Shown here: positions 47,421-57,192 of the stretch, piece after piece
Layout: every line of letters begins with the position of its first letter
How positions within the stretch are numbered: position 1 is the stretch's first letter
Virus record (IMG/VR): IMGVR_UViG_3300020153_000001
Span: 71,540-135,539 of that record
DNA: 64,000 bases
Direction: 5' to 3' (one strand)
Source of the DNA: a virus
Notes under the pieces: generated by a model
What the model was told of the DNA's origin: nothing
The model's input: the letters and a program-made list of their open reading frames with translations, nothing else
Database searches by the model: none
Position numbers and translations under genes: made by a program

Positions 47421-48622
47421 AATATTATTGGAACCAAGCTTTCCCTGACAATCGCCTTAACAATCGCCGATCTAACAGCGCCTGACATGACGGTCGCGCC
47501 GTGCATCGATACCGTTGTAATAATCTTTCTCCCATCTATATATGTTATCTCAACAACCAGTTTATCTCTACGCACGTCGACTATTTTGGCGGCAAAATTG
47601 GTTATTGGGGTCATGTTAAGCGCATCCAGCCAGCAGTTTTTCCTCATGATTATATACGCACCACTGCCAAGTAGTATTACACCATCATGTTCATTAATCT
47701 TTTCTACAACAAGCTTATCTTTTTGCAATTTAAATGGCTTATTATAAACAACAAAGGACACGTCGTGCGCACGTACGGCTCTTTTTTCTATAGCCGATAT
47801 TAACGCATCAACATCGTCTATCTCTGCCGGGTCATAGGTGGATATGTAGGCGCCTACCGCGTCGGCAACACATATCGTCTTGTTGATCTCACGGTGGCCG
47901 CATCCTTCAGGAATTGCAATGATAATATCCGCTTTACGGTTTATATTCAGAAAAGATATCGGGAAGTTATTATCTGTTTCGACAGAAGTGCGCGGGCTGC
48001 TACGCCTTTTGCGAAAGCTCCATCCGGCAAACGAGTAAATAGGAATATCTAGATTGCCCTTCAACCGTGCGTTAGAAACATAGCACTTTAGCGTGTCTAA
48101 TGGAGATATAAATATCGCTAGATCGCTCTTAAATACACTGTCGCGCGGCAGTATACCGCCTATTTTTTTACCCCCACCAAAATAGAACAGCGACCGGCCT
48201 TTGAATATTAGATGCCCCGTAACCAAACCTTCGCAAATATATAATCGACAAGCAAAACGTAATCTGCCGGCGTAGTTTACGTAGCAGAATATGTTTCTTA
48301 AAACGTGCGCCGCGTCTGCCGTTGAAATAAGCGGATCGAAGTATCTTTTGAGCCAAGATATGAACTCGGGGATGTCGTCATCAGTGATAGGGTGCTCTTC
48401 GCGCAATCTTCGACGCGGCGATAGCGGAGGTCTCTCAATGTGTTCAAATAAATCCGGAAACCGCTTAATGCCACATCTAGGGCAGCAGATAACAGGCATT
48501 AGGCTGTCGCTACAATATATCGTAGCGGTTCCACCACAGTCGCGACATTCCAAGTCCGATGGTATCGGGATGGCTACGTTATCGCTAATGTAGCGCCGTA
48601 CGGTGGGGTCTCTGTAGCTCAT
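47333..48622 (-). CDS. hypothetical protein with an N-terminal Zn ribbon
   Basis: CRDCGG...CPRCG. Confidence 0.6.
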   Translation of the reverse strand: MSYRDPTVRRYISDNVAIPIPSDLECRDCGGTATIYCSDSLMPVICCPRCGIKRFPDLFEHIERPPLSPRRRLREEHPITDDDIPEFISWLKRYFDPLISTADAAHVLRNIFCYVNYAGRLRFACRLYICEGLVTGHLIFKGRSLFYFGGGKKIGGILPRDSVFKSDLAIFISPLDTLKCYVSNARLKGNLDIPIYSFAGWSFRKRRSSPRTSVETDNNFPISFLNINRKADIIIAIPEGCGHREINKTICVADAVGAYISTYDPAEIDDVDALISAIEKRAVRAHDVSFVVYNKPFKLQKDKLVVEKINEHDGVILLGSGAYIIMRKNCWLDALNMTPITNFAAKIVDVRRDKLVVEITYIDGRKIITTVSMHGATVMSGAVRSAIVKAIVRESLVPIILCSSRLLFQLTVLASDTKEMSKKLFQSWR

Positions 48623-49056
48623 TTTAGTTTGATTGTCGTGGATATCGTCTTTGCCGCATCTTGAATCTTATCGGCTATCGGAGCCTTCGTCATTTCGATA
48701 TCTAATATCCACCTTATAGAAGTATGCGTAGCCGCCAGAAATATCTGACCTATCTTTGTATATACAGCCATTTGAACCGGTATAGGCAAGTCAAAAAAGC
48801 CGGCCGTTCCTAGCGCTTCTCTTACATCTACTGTCATATTACTAAGAGCCTTTGCGATACGCTCCGCCGCTATCGCAAGTTGTCCGTCACTGATATTATT
48901 TTTCACAAGGAAATCGTTGAACCACGGCTCCCTAGCAGACGGCTCAAGCTGTGCTATAGCTTCCCTTATCAACAGCGGACCGACATGAGCCAGGTCTCTT
49001 TCTGGGTTGTAAAAAGGAACCTCCGACGGGTTTGCAATAGGTCTGAACTGTAGCAT
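48619..49056 (-). CDS. hypothetical protein (145 aa)
   Basis: GGAGG SD upstream. Confidence 0.6.
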   Translation of the reverse strand: MLQFRPIANPSEVPFYNPERDLAHVGPLLIREAIAQLEPSAREPWFNDFLVKNNISDGQLAIAAERIAKALSNMTVDVREALGTAGFFDLPIPVQMAVYTKIGQIFLAATHTSIRWILDIEMTKAPIADKIQDAAKTISTTIKLK

Positions 49057-49073
49057 TTATCGTTCCTCCATAG

Positions 49074-49817
49074 CTAAAAAGAAATAACAAGGTCTTTCGT
49101 GTATTTACCGCCTATGACGACAGGTATGTAGTATGCATTCCTGGCTATTATCTGTGTATATTCTGTCTTGGATCTATACCACAAGTCCATCAGCAAGGCA
49201 TTACGTTGTCGTATCTTTTTAGTAGTGCCGACTGAGCTAATACTAAACCTTGGATATTTAGCCCTTGACGGCTGTAGAACGCACACAAAGGTTATCGCCG
49301 ACAGCTGCGACATTCGGAATATGCCCTTGTCAAATGATAACCGCCTGCATACTAAGACTCCGGCGTCGTTAGATAAGTATATTCTACCTGTTACCCCGGC
49401 AGCCAGCCCTGTAAGGACGTGGTATCTCATATAACCGCTAATTTCGGCTTCTGGGTCTTCCGGGCATATGAACTGACATATTGCTGGCTCCTCCTTCGTC
49501 TGCCCTACCCAATAAGGAACTGGTATTGAATTTCTTATCCTCTTAGCATTAGCAGCCAGCCGCCATGACATAATCTCCAGTTCGTTCTTATCTGGCGTGG
49601 TATCGTAAAGCGGCAGTACGCAGTCAATAATAGTTTCCGGTTTGGGCGGTTTGAATATATCTACTAACCGTTTCGACATTTCGAGTAGCTCGTCGCTACC
49701 TATCTTTCTATCGGCGAACAGCAAGAGGCGGCTATATATCTTACTAGCTAGCCGTTTTATGAGTTTAAGAGATATGTATGGCTTTTTGCGCCCGTCCATA
49801 GTTAAATATTTAGCCAT
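49074..49817 (-). CDS. hypothetical protein (247 aa)
   Basis: ORF. Confidence 0.6.
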   Translation of the reverse strand: MAKYLTMDGRKKPYISLKLIKRLASKIYSRLLLFADRKIGSDELLEMSKRLVDIFKPPKPETIIDCVLPLYDTTPDKNELEIMSWRLAANAKRIRNSIPVPYWVGQTKEEPAICQFICPEDPEAEISGYMRYHVLTGLAAGVTGRIYLSNDAGVLVCRRLSFDKGIFRMSQLSAITFVCVLQPSRAKYPRFSISSVGTTKKIRQRNALLMDLWYRSKTEYTQIIARNAYYIPVVIGGKYTKDLVISF

Positions 49818-49850
49818 CTTAGCCGACCTTTAATAGCTAAGCCGCCTTGA

Positions 49851-50237
49851 CCCCGGGTCCAGCGGCTGTCGGAGGCGAGGGTGTGTTGTGGCAAGACAAC
49901 ATCGCAGTATTCAGGGCAGTCGTTGCTACCGCCCGTACGGGTGGGCCTGAACCCACCAATACATCCTCACGTTCACCTACTGCTAGCCTCATGGTAAAGA
50001 CCATTCTAAGCATATCGATTGTTAGGCCAGCGATGTCTTACAAAGACTGACAGTCCGGTAATATCTAACTGGGTTGAATTGTACTTGTCGAACCATTTCT
50101 GATTCGATAATGAAGACATCAATGCGAACTCAAGTCCTGGATGTATTGGACCAATACACGACTGGAGCAAGGCATGACCTCGTCAATGTTGCCTTGCCAC
50201 AACACACCCTCGCCTCCGACAGCCGCTGGACCCGGGG
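49851..50237. repeat. non-coding element bounded by a 45-bp perfect inverted repeat
   Basis: 49851-49895 is the exact reverse complement of 50193-50237; nested inner stems. Confidence 0.9.
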
Positions 50238-50340
50238 AATGGGGGGGACGTGGGACGGTTCGGAAAGTGGAATGTGTTGTTTAAGGCAAAGATCAGCCTG
50301 ACTACTTCAGGCCCAATAATCCAGGAAATATCAAAAAGGG

Positions 50341-51549
50341 TTATGACTTGGACAACGCCTTACTAATGGCGTCCATTAAAATCTGCAAATCATCTAGAAC
50401 GCCGCCGATTGATTTTGCCAGATTTTCCAATAGTTTATAAATTTGGTCATCAAGCTCAATATCGGCCAGATCGGAGACAAATTCCTTGTCGTCGCATAAC
50501 GCCTTTACAGTTCGCTCTAGTGGAACTAATTGTCTATACAACTTAGCGAGCCTATGCTCCATAGACGATGGTAGCACCGTCTCTGGACCTCTGCCTCTCG
50601 GCTTGCCTTTACCTTTTAGCAGGATTTCTAGGTCTCTTGCCGGAATGCCTTTATTTACAACCTCTTCTGCATACTCAACAACTTCTTCATCGTTGTCCAA
50701 ACGGGACAACGCCAGCATATGCCTAAAACTTAAAGAGCCTTTGGCGCCTTCTTTGTCGTTATAGGCTATGAGCTGCTTAAACTCCTTCTCTTCCCATCTA
50801 TCATATACCTGCTTTGCCTTATACAAAGTCCGTATTGTATTATTTCCTAGCATCCCTGCCAGGACGGCCATTCGATCTCTAAAATCATGTCCTGCCTTTT
50901 CTGCAGCTCGCCTTAGCTTATCGACGTAGCTTCCTAGTTTCCAATACCACATAAGGCTATCTTTTAAGTACGAGTTAATATGCCTACAAATATCTCGAAC
51001 GATGGGTTTCTCAAAATCGTACAATGCATCAAAGTTTATGCTTCTTATCGAATCGAATACGCCTTCAGCAACATGTCCTGATTCCGGTAACTGACTCTTA
51101 GACGCCACGACAAGACTATCGTCTGGGCGCTCGCTTTTGTCTCTCATCTTCTCGCTTCCCTCTTTCTTATCGACGCGAAACACAAACAGCCATTGATAAT
51201 CTGTTCCAAAACTAGATATATCAAACGATAAGTCACTTGTAGCGCCTATATCGTAGAAAAACTTCAAAACGTCGGCATCGCCCTGCTCATCGGCACCGTC
51301 TTTCTCAGATAAGAATGCTATACTGCTTACATTAATGCTAGGTATCTTATTCAAATATTTATGGAACCCTTTCCTATCGACTATTAACAAGTCGTATTGA
51401 ACATCAGGATGTACTTGCTCGATCCTAATTGAGTCGCCGACGGCTATTCTACCAACGACCGCCAGTCTTGCATCGACAATCCTCGTAACGTCATATATCT
51501 CCAAAGTTGTTCGTAGAAACTGCCAAAGCTTATCAATTTTGTGGCTCAT
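50341..51549 (-). CDS. hypothetical protein (402 aa)
   Basis: Long ORF. Confidence 0.65.
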   Translation of the reverse strand: MSHKIDKLWQFLRTTLEIYDVTRIVDARLAVVGRIAVGDSIRIEQVHPDVQYDLLIVDRKGFHKYLNKIPSINVSSIAFLSEKDGADEQGDADVLKFFYDIGATSDLSFDISSFGTDYQWLFVFRVDKKEGSEKMRDKSERPDDSLVVASKSQLPESGHVAEGVFDSIRSINFDALYDFEKPIVRDICRHINSYLKDSLMWYWKLGSYVDKLRRAAEKAGHDFRDRMAVLAGMLGNNTIRTLYKAKQVYDRWEEKEFKQLIAYNDKEGAKGSLSFRHMLALSRLDNDEEVVEYAEEVVNKGIPARDLEILLKGKGKPRGRGPETVLPSSMEHRLAKLYRQLVPLERTVKALCDDKEFVSDLADIELDDQIYKLLENLAKSIGGVLDDLQILMDAISKALSKS

Positions 51550-52811
51550 AACGCGTCCTCCTCAAAGCTAATGTCCAGTGTACCATCTTTAATGTTTTCC
51601 ATAGGACTGTCGTAGTCGTCGCCAGTCTCAACCTTGGACTTAACTAGAGGTTTCTCTGCGTCATAAAGGTCTATCACGTTAATACCGAATATCTTATAGA
51701 GTTCCTGCAATATGTCTTTTTGCTCTTCAATCTTGATACCCATGTCATGGGCAGAAATGGGATCTGACTGTGGCACTTTTAGCTGTTCGCAATAGAACAG
51801 GTCGCCTCGGGCACGTTTTTTGATGTCCAATATCTTCTTAACCTTTGGAAGAAGTATCTCCTTATCTGCCTTTGGCATACCTGTCCCATCGTAAAGCATC
51901 CATGTTGTGGCTTCCCACCACTCAAAATTGCTAATAAGCATTGGCTTATCGTCAACCACTTCGTTCCACTGCCTCAGCACGACTGCTATCTTCTTATCCT
52001 GTGCCCCTCGGCAATTTTTGGATGTGTATAGCTGGATGAGGGTCTCGTGATAGCTTATATCACCGGCCTTTTTCTGTTCTGTACGGCTGCGTGTCACTCT
52101 GATTTCTATAGAGTTCTGATGCCTTAGATACTGACCTCCCGGCGTGCGATATACCGGCAGCCCTGTTATTGGATGGACCGATTCCTTAAGATGGTTTACC
52201 CCTATCAGGTTATATGGATATCCCTGTACGGCTGAGGTATAGGCGCTCAACCAGTCGCCGATCAGCATAGCAGCTTCGCCAAAGTGCCTCTGGGCGAATC
52301 CTTGCCTTAGTACATCGTTAAATAGCTTACTGGGGAGCTTACCCATGTAGCTATCTACTATAAACGCAATAGGTTTCTGATCCTCTCCTTGCCGGTCTTT
52401 CATTATCTTAACGGCTTCTATGATAGCGCGCTGCCATTCCTCAAGAAACCTGCACTCGTACACTACCACTCTAGGGGGGTCACTTCCGATAATACTTTCC
52501 CGCAGTGCGGGGGTGGGTTTTGTTTCGGCTTCGCAGATAATTATAGCCCCACCGCAAGCGTGGTGCCACCTACCTATTTCTACGGCAAGCGTAGATTTAA
52601 ACGAAGCCGGAGGTCCGACAAGGTGGTATACCACCCCTAACGGCATCCCTGTATTTTGTAGTAAATACCGAACTGCAAGCGACGGTACAGGCAACCCCAA
52701 CAGAAGCGTAGGGGGACTTCCTAGTATCTTATCGCCCTTAGATAGTTTGTTTTGTAGAACTTTCAGTGCGCTGTCTAGACTATCATCTACAGGGTAGTTT
52801 CTTTGTGACAT
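51546..52811 (-). CDS. RecA/UvsX-like recombinase
   Basis: VYHLVGPPASFKSTLA (Walker A), FIVDS (Walker B), VNHLKE, TPGG...SIEIRV; start at MSQRNY behind GGAGG. Confidence 0.8.
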   Translation of the reverse strand: MSQRNYPVDDSLDSALKVLQNKLSKGDKILGSPPTLLLGLPVPSLAVRYLLQNTGMPLGVVYHLVGPPASFKSTLAVEIGRWHHACGGAIIICEAETKPTPALRESIIGSDPPRVVVYECRFLEEWQRAIIEAVKIMKDRQGEDQKPIAFIVDSYMGKLPSKLFNDVLRQGFAQRHFGEAAMLIGDWLSAYTSAVQGYPYNLIGVNHLKESVHPITGLPVYRTPGGQYLRHQNSIEIRVTRSRTEQKKAGDISYHETLIQLYTSKNCRGAQDKKIAVVLRQWNEVVDDKPMLISNFEWWEATTWMLYDGTGMPKADKEILLPKVKKILDIKKRARGDLFYCEQLKVPQSDPISAHDMGIKIEEQKDILQELYKIFGINVIDLYDAEKPLVKSKVETGDDYDSPMENIKDGTLDISFEEDAL

Positions 52812-52826
52812 TACGACGCCTCCAAT

Positions 52827-52846
52827 TTTTGACTCCGGAGTCAAAA
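52827..52846. repeat. 20-bp palindrome, copy 11
   Basis: Exact match between a terminator hairpin (52850-52874) and the SD of the recA-like gene. Confidence 0.95.
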
Positions 52847-52849
52847 AAT

Positions 52850-52874
52850 GGTATAGGCTATACTAGCCTATACC
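52850..52874 (-). terminator. intrinsic terminator
   Basis: GGTATAGGCTA/TAGCCTATACC stem, then ATTTTTT on the minus strand. Confidence 0.65.
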
Positions 52875-52891
52875 AACCAACCCCCGACAAA

Positions 52892-53926
52892 TTATTTATC
52901 TGTACTGAAATCCTCTAATGCTTTACGAAGCATATCCCTAATCTCGGATATGTCATTATCTGGCTTATCGGCCTCGTTAGGCTGACCATCGTCAGCCGGG
53001 ACGTCGAACGGAATATCATCAAATGAAGGCAAACCATTGTCTGCCTCGTTTTGATCAATTGGCTCGTTAAATAAGTATGCAGACACTTCTCGTGGAAGTA
53101 GCTCCTTAAATGTTCGTTTTTGTTCTTCGTCGCTAGCAAATTCAAGGATGTCTTTCCACGGCCTTATTACCTGCAGCTTTTCAGGTTCAACGGGAGCCGT
53201 CGGCGGCTCGCGTAGCACGTCAACGGCAAATCCCACGTTGCTGCGTTCCGTACATAATACAACGCGTTGTGGATCAATAACCTGGGATGGGCGGATATTC
53301 ACAAGCGCGCCGTCCGTAGATTTAATAATGTCCTTACCGTACCCATAAGCCATCCTTGCCGCCTGGGCAAGTGCTTGTCCAGCAGTTTGTTGAAGAACTA
53401 GTACAGATAGTTTATTTGGATCGATCTCGCTTTTTCTCGAATGTTCCACAACCTCGGCAAACGCAAGATACAAAACGCCCGGGCGCCTCAATACAGGCTT
53501 ATTCAGAGGATCGAACGCAGATCCGCGTAGTCTTACCAAATTGTAATGTTCCCAGGCAGGCTTTGCGCCGCTAGCTACGACATCGTAGATCGTCTTATAG
53601 ACGCGATATGCCAACGTATTCTGGATGCTGTATTCATCAAACATCGTCCTGTCGCCTATAATGATCGTTTTTTGCCGTGTTGGCGACGAGATTGTTATAC
53701 CGTAGACGGGATACAACCACGGACCGCATTTACCGTTATAGGCGACGCTGTCTACCAGGTCTCCGTTTTGTAGTCTACCCGGTAGTACCCTAAAAATGTT
53801 AGCCGAGCTACCCCACATAGGGTACACTATGTTGTACTGATTGGCAAACTCGGGTTTCAGCAGCACAGTAGTTCTAGAGCTGAGTTCGTCGACGTCAAAC
53901 ATCTTCCTTCTCCTTTCCACTAACAA
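52892..53926 (-). CDS. putative single-stranded DNA-binding protein
   Basis: Between the polymerase and the recombinase; acidic C-terminus with DDIPF. Confidence 0.45.
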   Translation of the reverse strand: MLVERRRKMFDVDELSSRTTVLLKPEFANQYNIVYPMWGSSANIFRVLPGRLQNGDLVDSVAYNGKCGPWLYPVYGITISSPTRQKTIIIGDRTMFDEYSIQNTLAYRVYKTIYDVVASGAKPAWEHYNLVRLRGSAFDPLNKPVLRRPGVLYLAFAEVVEHSRKSEIDPNKLSVLVLQQTAGQALAQAARMAYGYGKDIIKSTDGALVNIRPSQVIDPQRVVLCTERSNVGFAVDVLREPPTAPVEPEKLQVIRPWKDILEFASDEEQKRTFKELLPREVSAYLFNEPIDQNEADNGLPSFDDIPFDVPADDGQPNEADKPDNDISEIRDMLRKALEDFSTDK

Positions 53927-54176
53927 GGACCCTTTCTACATACGCCTTACCTGTACGAAGAAAATCATCATATATCTTGTTCTCGTCCTCTTCTTTTAAT
54001 TGTTTAACGATATTCTTCGCTCTATCGACAATGTCCTGAACCGGATATGTCGAATTGATTCTATAACCGCACATTGGGCAGACGGCGTCCACGATGAGAT
54101 CCTCTTCCCTGTAAAGCATAAACCTGCGGTAACCGCACACAGGACAGGTTTCGTTGTTGCTAATGTATCTAGCCAC
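53895..54176 (-). CDS. small Zn-ribbon protein
   Basis: CPVCG...CPMCG. Confidence 0.6.
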   Translation of the reverse strand: MARYISNNETCPVCGYRRFMLYREEDLIVDAVCPMCGYRINSTYPVQDIVDRAKNIVKQLKEEDENKIYDDFLRTGKAYVERVLVSGKEKEDV

Positions 54177-54194
54177 ACCAGACTCCTTGTTGCA

Positions 54195-57101
54195 TTAACC
54201 CAGAGGAATTCCCCACCTTTGATATACCTCTATATCCGAGAAGAAATGATAGTAGTCTCCGTATGCTTCTCCGTCTGCTGTACAAGGCCGGAACTTGACG
54301 CTACTAACGCATTCAGGAATTATTTCGTTCTTTACTACGTCTACGTGTTTCTCTGGAACTTCAAGAAGACAAGCATCATGCATTTGAAGAACTATTCTAT
54401 ACCCTATTTGCTTTCTCATATTGTGTGAATATAGCTTATAAAGGGTGAGATTCATAGCGTCTGCTACGGTGGACTGCATAACAAAGTTTCTAGCTTGCCT
54501 CTTTTGATGACCAAGCTCGGCAGGATCTGATGTAGGGTGAAACCGTCGTACCCTACCAAAATATGTTCTTATCCATCCAGGCTTTTCTACGCGGAGCTCC
54601 AATCCATTAAGATAAGCTGCGGCGGTCTTGTACGTCGAGAATATAGATTCCATGATCTTGTCCGCATCTTCGACAGTCAAACTGACCCCTTCCTGCTGAC
54701 ACTGACGTGCAATGGCTTCGCCGCCGCGGCCGTACATACCACCAAACAGCACCGCCTTAGCCCCCACTCTTAGGTGGGACTTTCCTGCTTCAGCGAGCGC
54801 CTTTTTCGTCGGCGCGCAGTCTAACTGAAAGGCTTTAACAGCAATGTTTGAATGGATGTCGTAGTAGTCAGGATGATCTTCCGGTAGCATTGCTCTCATA
54901 CAATGATCTAGAAGTAGCTCGTCTTGAGACATGACAGCCAGACAGAATACCTCTGCAACCTTAAAATCAGCCTCGACAAGCAAATATCCAGGCTCGGCCA
55001 CAAATATGCTTCGGATAGGGCCAGGATATTTGTCTCCTGCTATCGCCTCATATGCGCTTTCGCGGCTTTTGGCCATATTTTGCAAATTTGGTCTGGAACT
55101 CCGCATACGACCCGTTTCTGCAAGTATAGAGAATGTGCCATGTATTCTACCGTCATCACAAATAAACGAGGCAATTCCTTCTTCATAGTCGAGATTACCC
55201 TCTTCATCTGTTACAAACTGATCGCCGTCTTCATCCGTCTTTGGCAGCCTCAATACACTCTTCAAAATGTGGTCGATGAATTTGATATCCCTAAGCTCGC
55301 CAGCAAGCGGATCTTGCGCTGCCAGTATACCGCAGACCTCCTTGTCTGTGCTTGGACTTTCTGTTGGGCTTCCGGTCCATGCTTTCTTCTTTGTTGTTTT
55401 TATAGGCGTAAGTCCCAACGTCTTTGCGCCGCTTGGTCGAACGCATATCTTACTGCCGTCTTTATCTGCCTGCCTATTGAATTTATCGCCGAATAGAAAT
55501 TCAGCTACATGGTAATAACTCCTGGGATTGAAGCTCGGCCAGCTTATCTTTTTTCTAAAATCATCCAACTTGGATTGCAGCACTTCCAAATACGATAGGG
55601 TTAGCTTGTCGATCTGACTCCTGTCTACCTTAACACCAACGTCGTGCATGTGCATAACGGCGGCCAGGCCTTTCGTTGACGTCTTGAAGGCTGAGAATAC
55701 TTCATTGCCAGTAAACATATCGCCTGCCCGCAAAATAGCCGATTCGGCGTCCATAAGGTCTCGTGTAGCTGCCACGTCCATTGCTGCGTATGGGATAAGA
55801 ATATGATCCGGACAAGCGCCATATCCCGTCAGTTTGTTTGAAGAGATGCCAAGCTCGCTACATCGCGCTGCTTTCCATTTTTCCAAACTTTCAGACCAAG
55901 GTTTGAAACCACACCTAGAAATTGCGAGGCTTTCTAAATCGTACTTAGCGTTTTCGTTATGGGCGTGTTCAGCTAAAGCTACATCAAAAATACCGGGATA
56001 GTCCGGCCCGGATGCGTCATCTGGGATGGTATCTCGGCCTTCTAAAATATCAATGCCGAGTGACTTTAGCCAAGGATAGTCTGCCGATATATGGGCACCG
56101 CCTATCTGCAAGTTGCGGAGCGAGAACAGATCCTTTAGTAGCGCAACAGCGGAATCTACAGATGGTTCAAAGCACGGTTCGCCTTTTTCATTACGTAGTA
56201 CTATTACCGCAGCATATTCCGGCTTATGGGATATTTGTACCGTTCTTACATGAGAACCCTGATTTACTGGAAACAGTCCTTCCCATTCTAAATCGACAGC
56301 TAGCTTAATAAGTCCTTCTTCGCGCTTTATGTCGCTAATAATATCCGATAGCTTGTTTGCGTCGCGGATAACATCAATAATTACCCGACTGTTCTTTGTC
56401 GCGATGCTTTTCCCAAGAACGGCCCCTGCAAAGTCAGCCAGCTCAGAAACAAAAAGAGAGAACAGCTCTGGATTTCTGGCAATCATGGCAGGGTGTGTTG
56501 CTGCAAAGATTCGTGTCTCGTACTCTTTGCAAAATGCCTTTTTAATCTCCTTATGCAAGCACGACTTCAACGTATATTTAGCGCCAAGAACTGCCTTTAC
56601 TGCATCGGCCCCCAAGAGAAGCAAAAATTTGGGCTTTAGCTCGATGAGTTCTAAAAAAAGGATATATCTACCGACATCTACCCAGTTTGACGGAAACGCT
56701 TCGCTCTGTATAGCTTTGGAATACCACTTTATAACGTTAGTAACATAGATATTATCTAGCTGCTCGTCGGCAAACCCGTGCTGTTTTAAGGCCCTGCGCA
56801 GTATTTCGCCGCTAGGGCCTACGAAGTTCCGTTTCTGCAACATTTCAGTGTAACCGGGATTCTTTCCGACAATTACTATATTGGAACGTCCAGACTTGCC
56901 ACTCCATAAATGACCGCCGAGCACGGGACACGTAGCAGTTGTACCTTTATATTTCAGCGTTATGTTGCAATCGCACTTGGCCGAGATTATGGACTGACAC
57001 ATATCTAATAAATTATCTGTGAAATTACCTCGACCAAGCATCGCCTTCATTTGAGCTGGCTTGGCCAATTCTGGAGGGACCTCTCCCAACATCTCAAACA
57101 T
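54195..57101 (-). CDS. family A DNA polymerase with an N-terminal uracil-DNA glycosylase-like domain
   Basis: VGKNPG...FVGPSG...HPA (UDG family 4-like); DLEWEG exonuclease; TGRMRSSRPNLQN, ADFKVAE, KAVLFGGMYG and MHD polymerase motifs. Confidence 0.9.
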   Translation of the reverse strand: MFEMLGEVPPELAKPAQMKAMLGRGNFTDNLLDMCQSIISAKCDCNITLKYKGTTATCPVLGGHLWSGKSGRSNIVIVGKNPGYTEMLQKRNFVGPSGEILRRALKQHGFADEQLDNIYVTNVIKWYSKAIQSEAFPSNWVDVGRYILFLELIELKPKFLLLLGADAVKAVLGAKYTLKSCLHKEIKKAFCKEYETRIFAATHPAMIARNPELFSLFVSELADFAGAVLGKSIATKNSRVIIDVIRDANKLSDIISDIKREEGLIKLAVDLEWEGLFPVNQGSHVRTVQISHKPEYAAVIVLRNEKGEPCFEPSVDSAVALLKDLFSLRNLQIGGAHISADYPWLKSLGIDILEGRDTIPDDASGPDYPGIFDVALAEHAHNENAKYDLESLAISRCGFKPWSESLEKWKAARCSELGISSNKLTGYGACPDHILIPYAAMDVAATRDLMDAESAILRAGDMFTGNEVFSAFKTSTKGLAAVMHMHDVGVKVDRSQIDKLTLSYLEVLQSKLDDFRKKISWPSFNPRSYYHVAEFLFGDKFNRQADKDGSKICVRPSGAKTLGLTPIKTTKKKAWTGSPTESPSTDKEVCGILAAQDPLAGELRDIKFIDHILKSVLRLPKTDEDGDQFVTDEEGNLDYEEGIASFICDDGRIHGTFSILAETGRMRSSRPNLQNMAKSRESAYEAIAGDKYPGPIRSIFVAEPGYLLVEADFKVAEVFCLAVMSQDELLLDHCMRAMLPEDHPDYYDIHSNIAVKAFQLDCAPTKKALAEAGKSHLRVGAKAVLFGGMYGRGGEAIARQCQQEGVSLTVEDADKIMESIFSTYKTAAAYLNGLELRVEKPGWIRTYFGRVRRFHPTSDPAELGHQKRQARNFVMQSTVADAMNLTLYKLYSHNMRKQIGYRIVLQMHDACLLEVPEKHVDVVKNEIIPECVSSVKFRPCTADGEAYGDYYHFFSDIEVYQRWGIPLG

Positions 57102-57174
57102 CGCACACTCCTAGCTAAAAACAACGGCAAGTGGACGGCAAACGCCGTCCCTTACCATATTTAAATGCCGCTAG

Positions 57175-57192
57175 TTTGACTCCGGAGTCAAA
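57175..57192. repeat. palindrome copy 12 (18-bp core), overlapping the primase stop codon
   Basis: TTTGACTCCGGAGTCAAA; the TGA stop at 57188-57190 lies inside it. Confidence 0.92.

Noticed and set aside
49356-49367. GACTCCGGCGTC as a further palindrome copy
   Set aside because: It has an internal mismatch, lacks the T/A flanks and lies mid-gene, so it is probably chance.
49851-50237. The element as RNase P RNA or a MITE
   Set aside because: I did not find the conserved RNase P P4 sequences, and there is no target-site duplication or transposase.
49847-50301. Plus-strand ORFs 49847-50050 and 50074-50301
   Set aside because: They are short, against the dominant strand, lack an SD, and overlap the inverted-repeat arms, so they are likely spurious.
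33159-52844. TTG starts giving N-terminal MTPESK (ORFs 33159-35429, 41136-41486, 51546-52844)
   Set aside because: They arise from the palindrome itself; the downstream ATGs (35411, 41468, 52811) have proper SD spacing.
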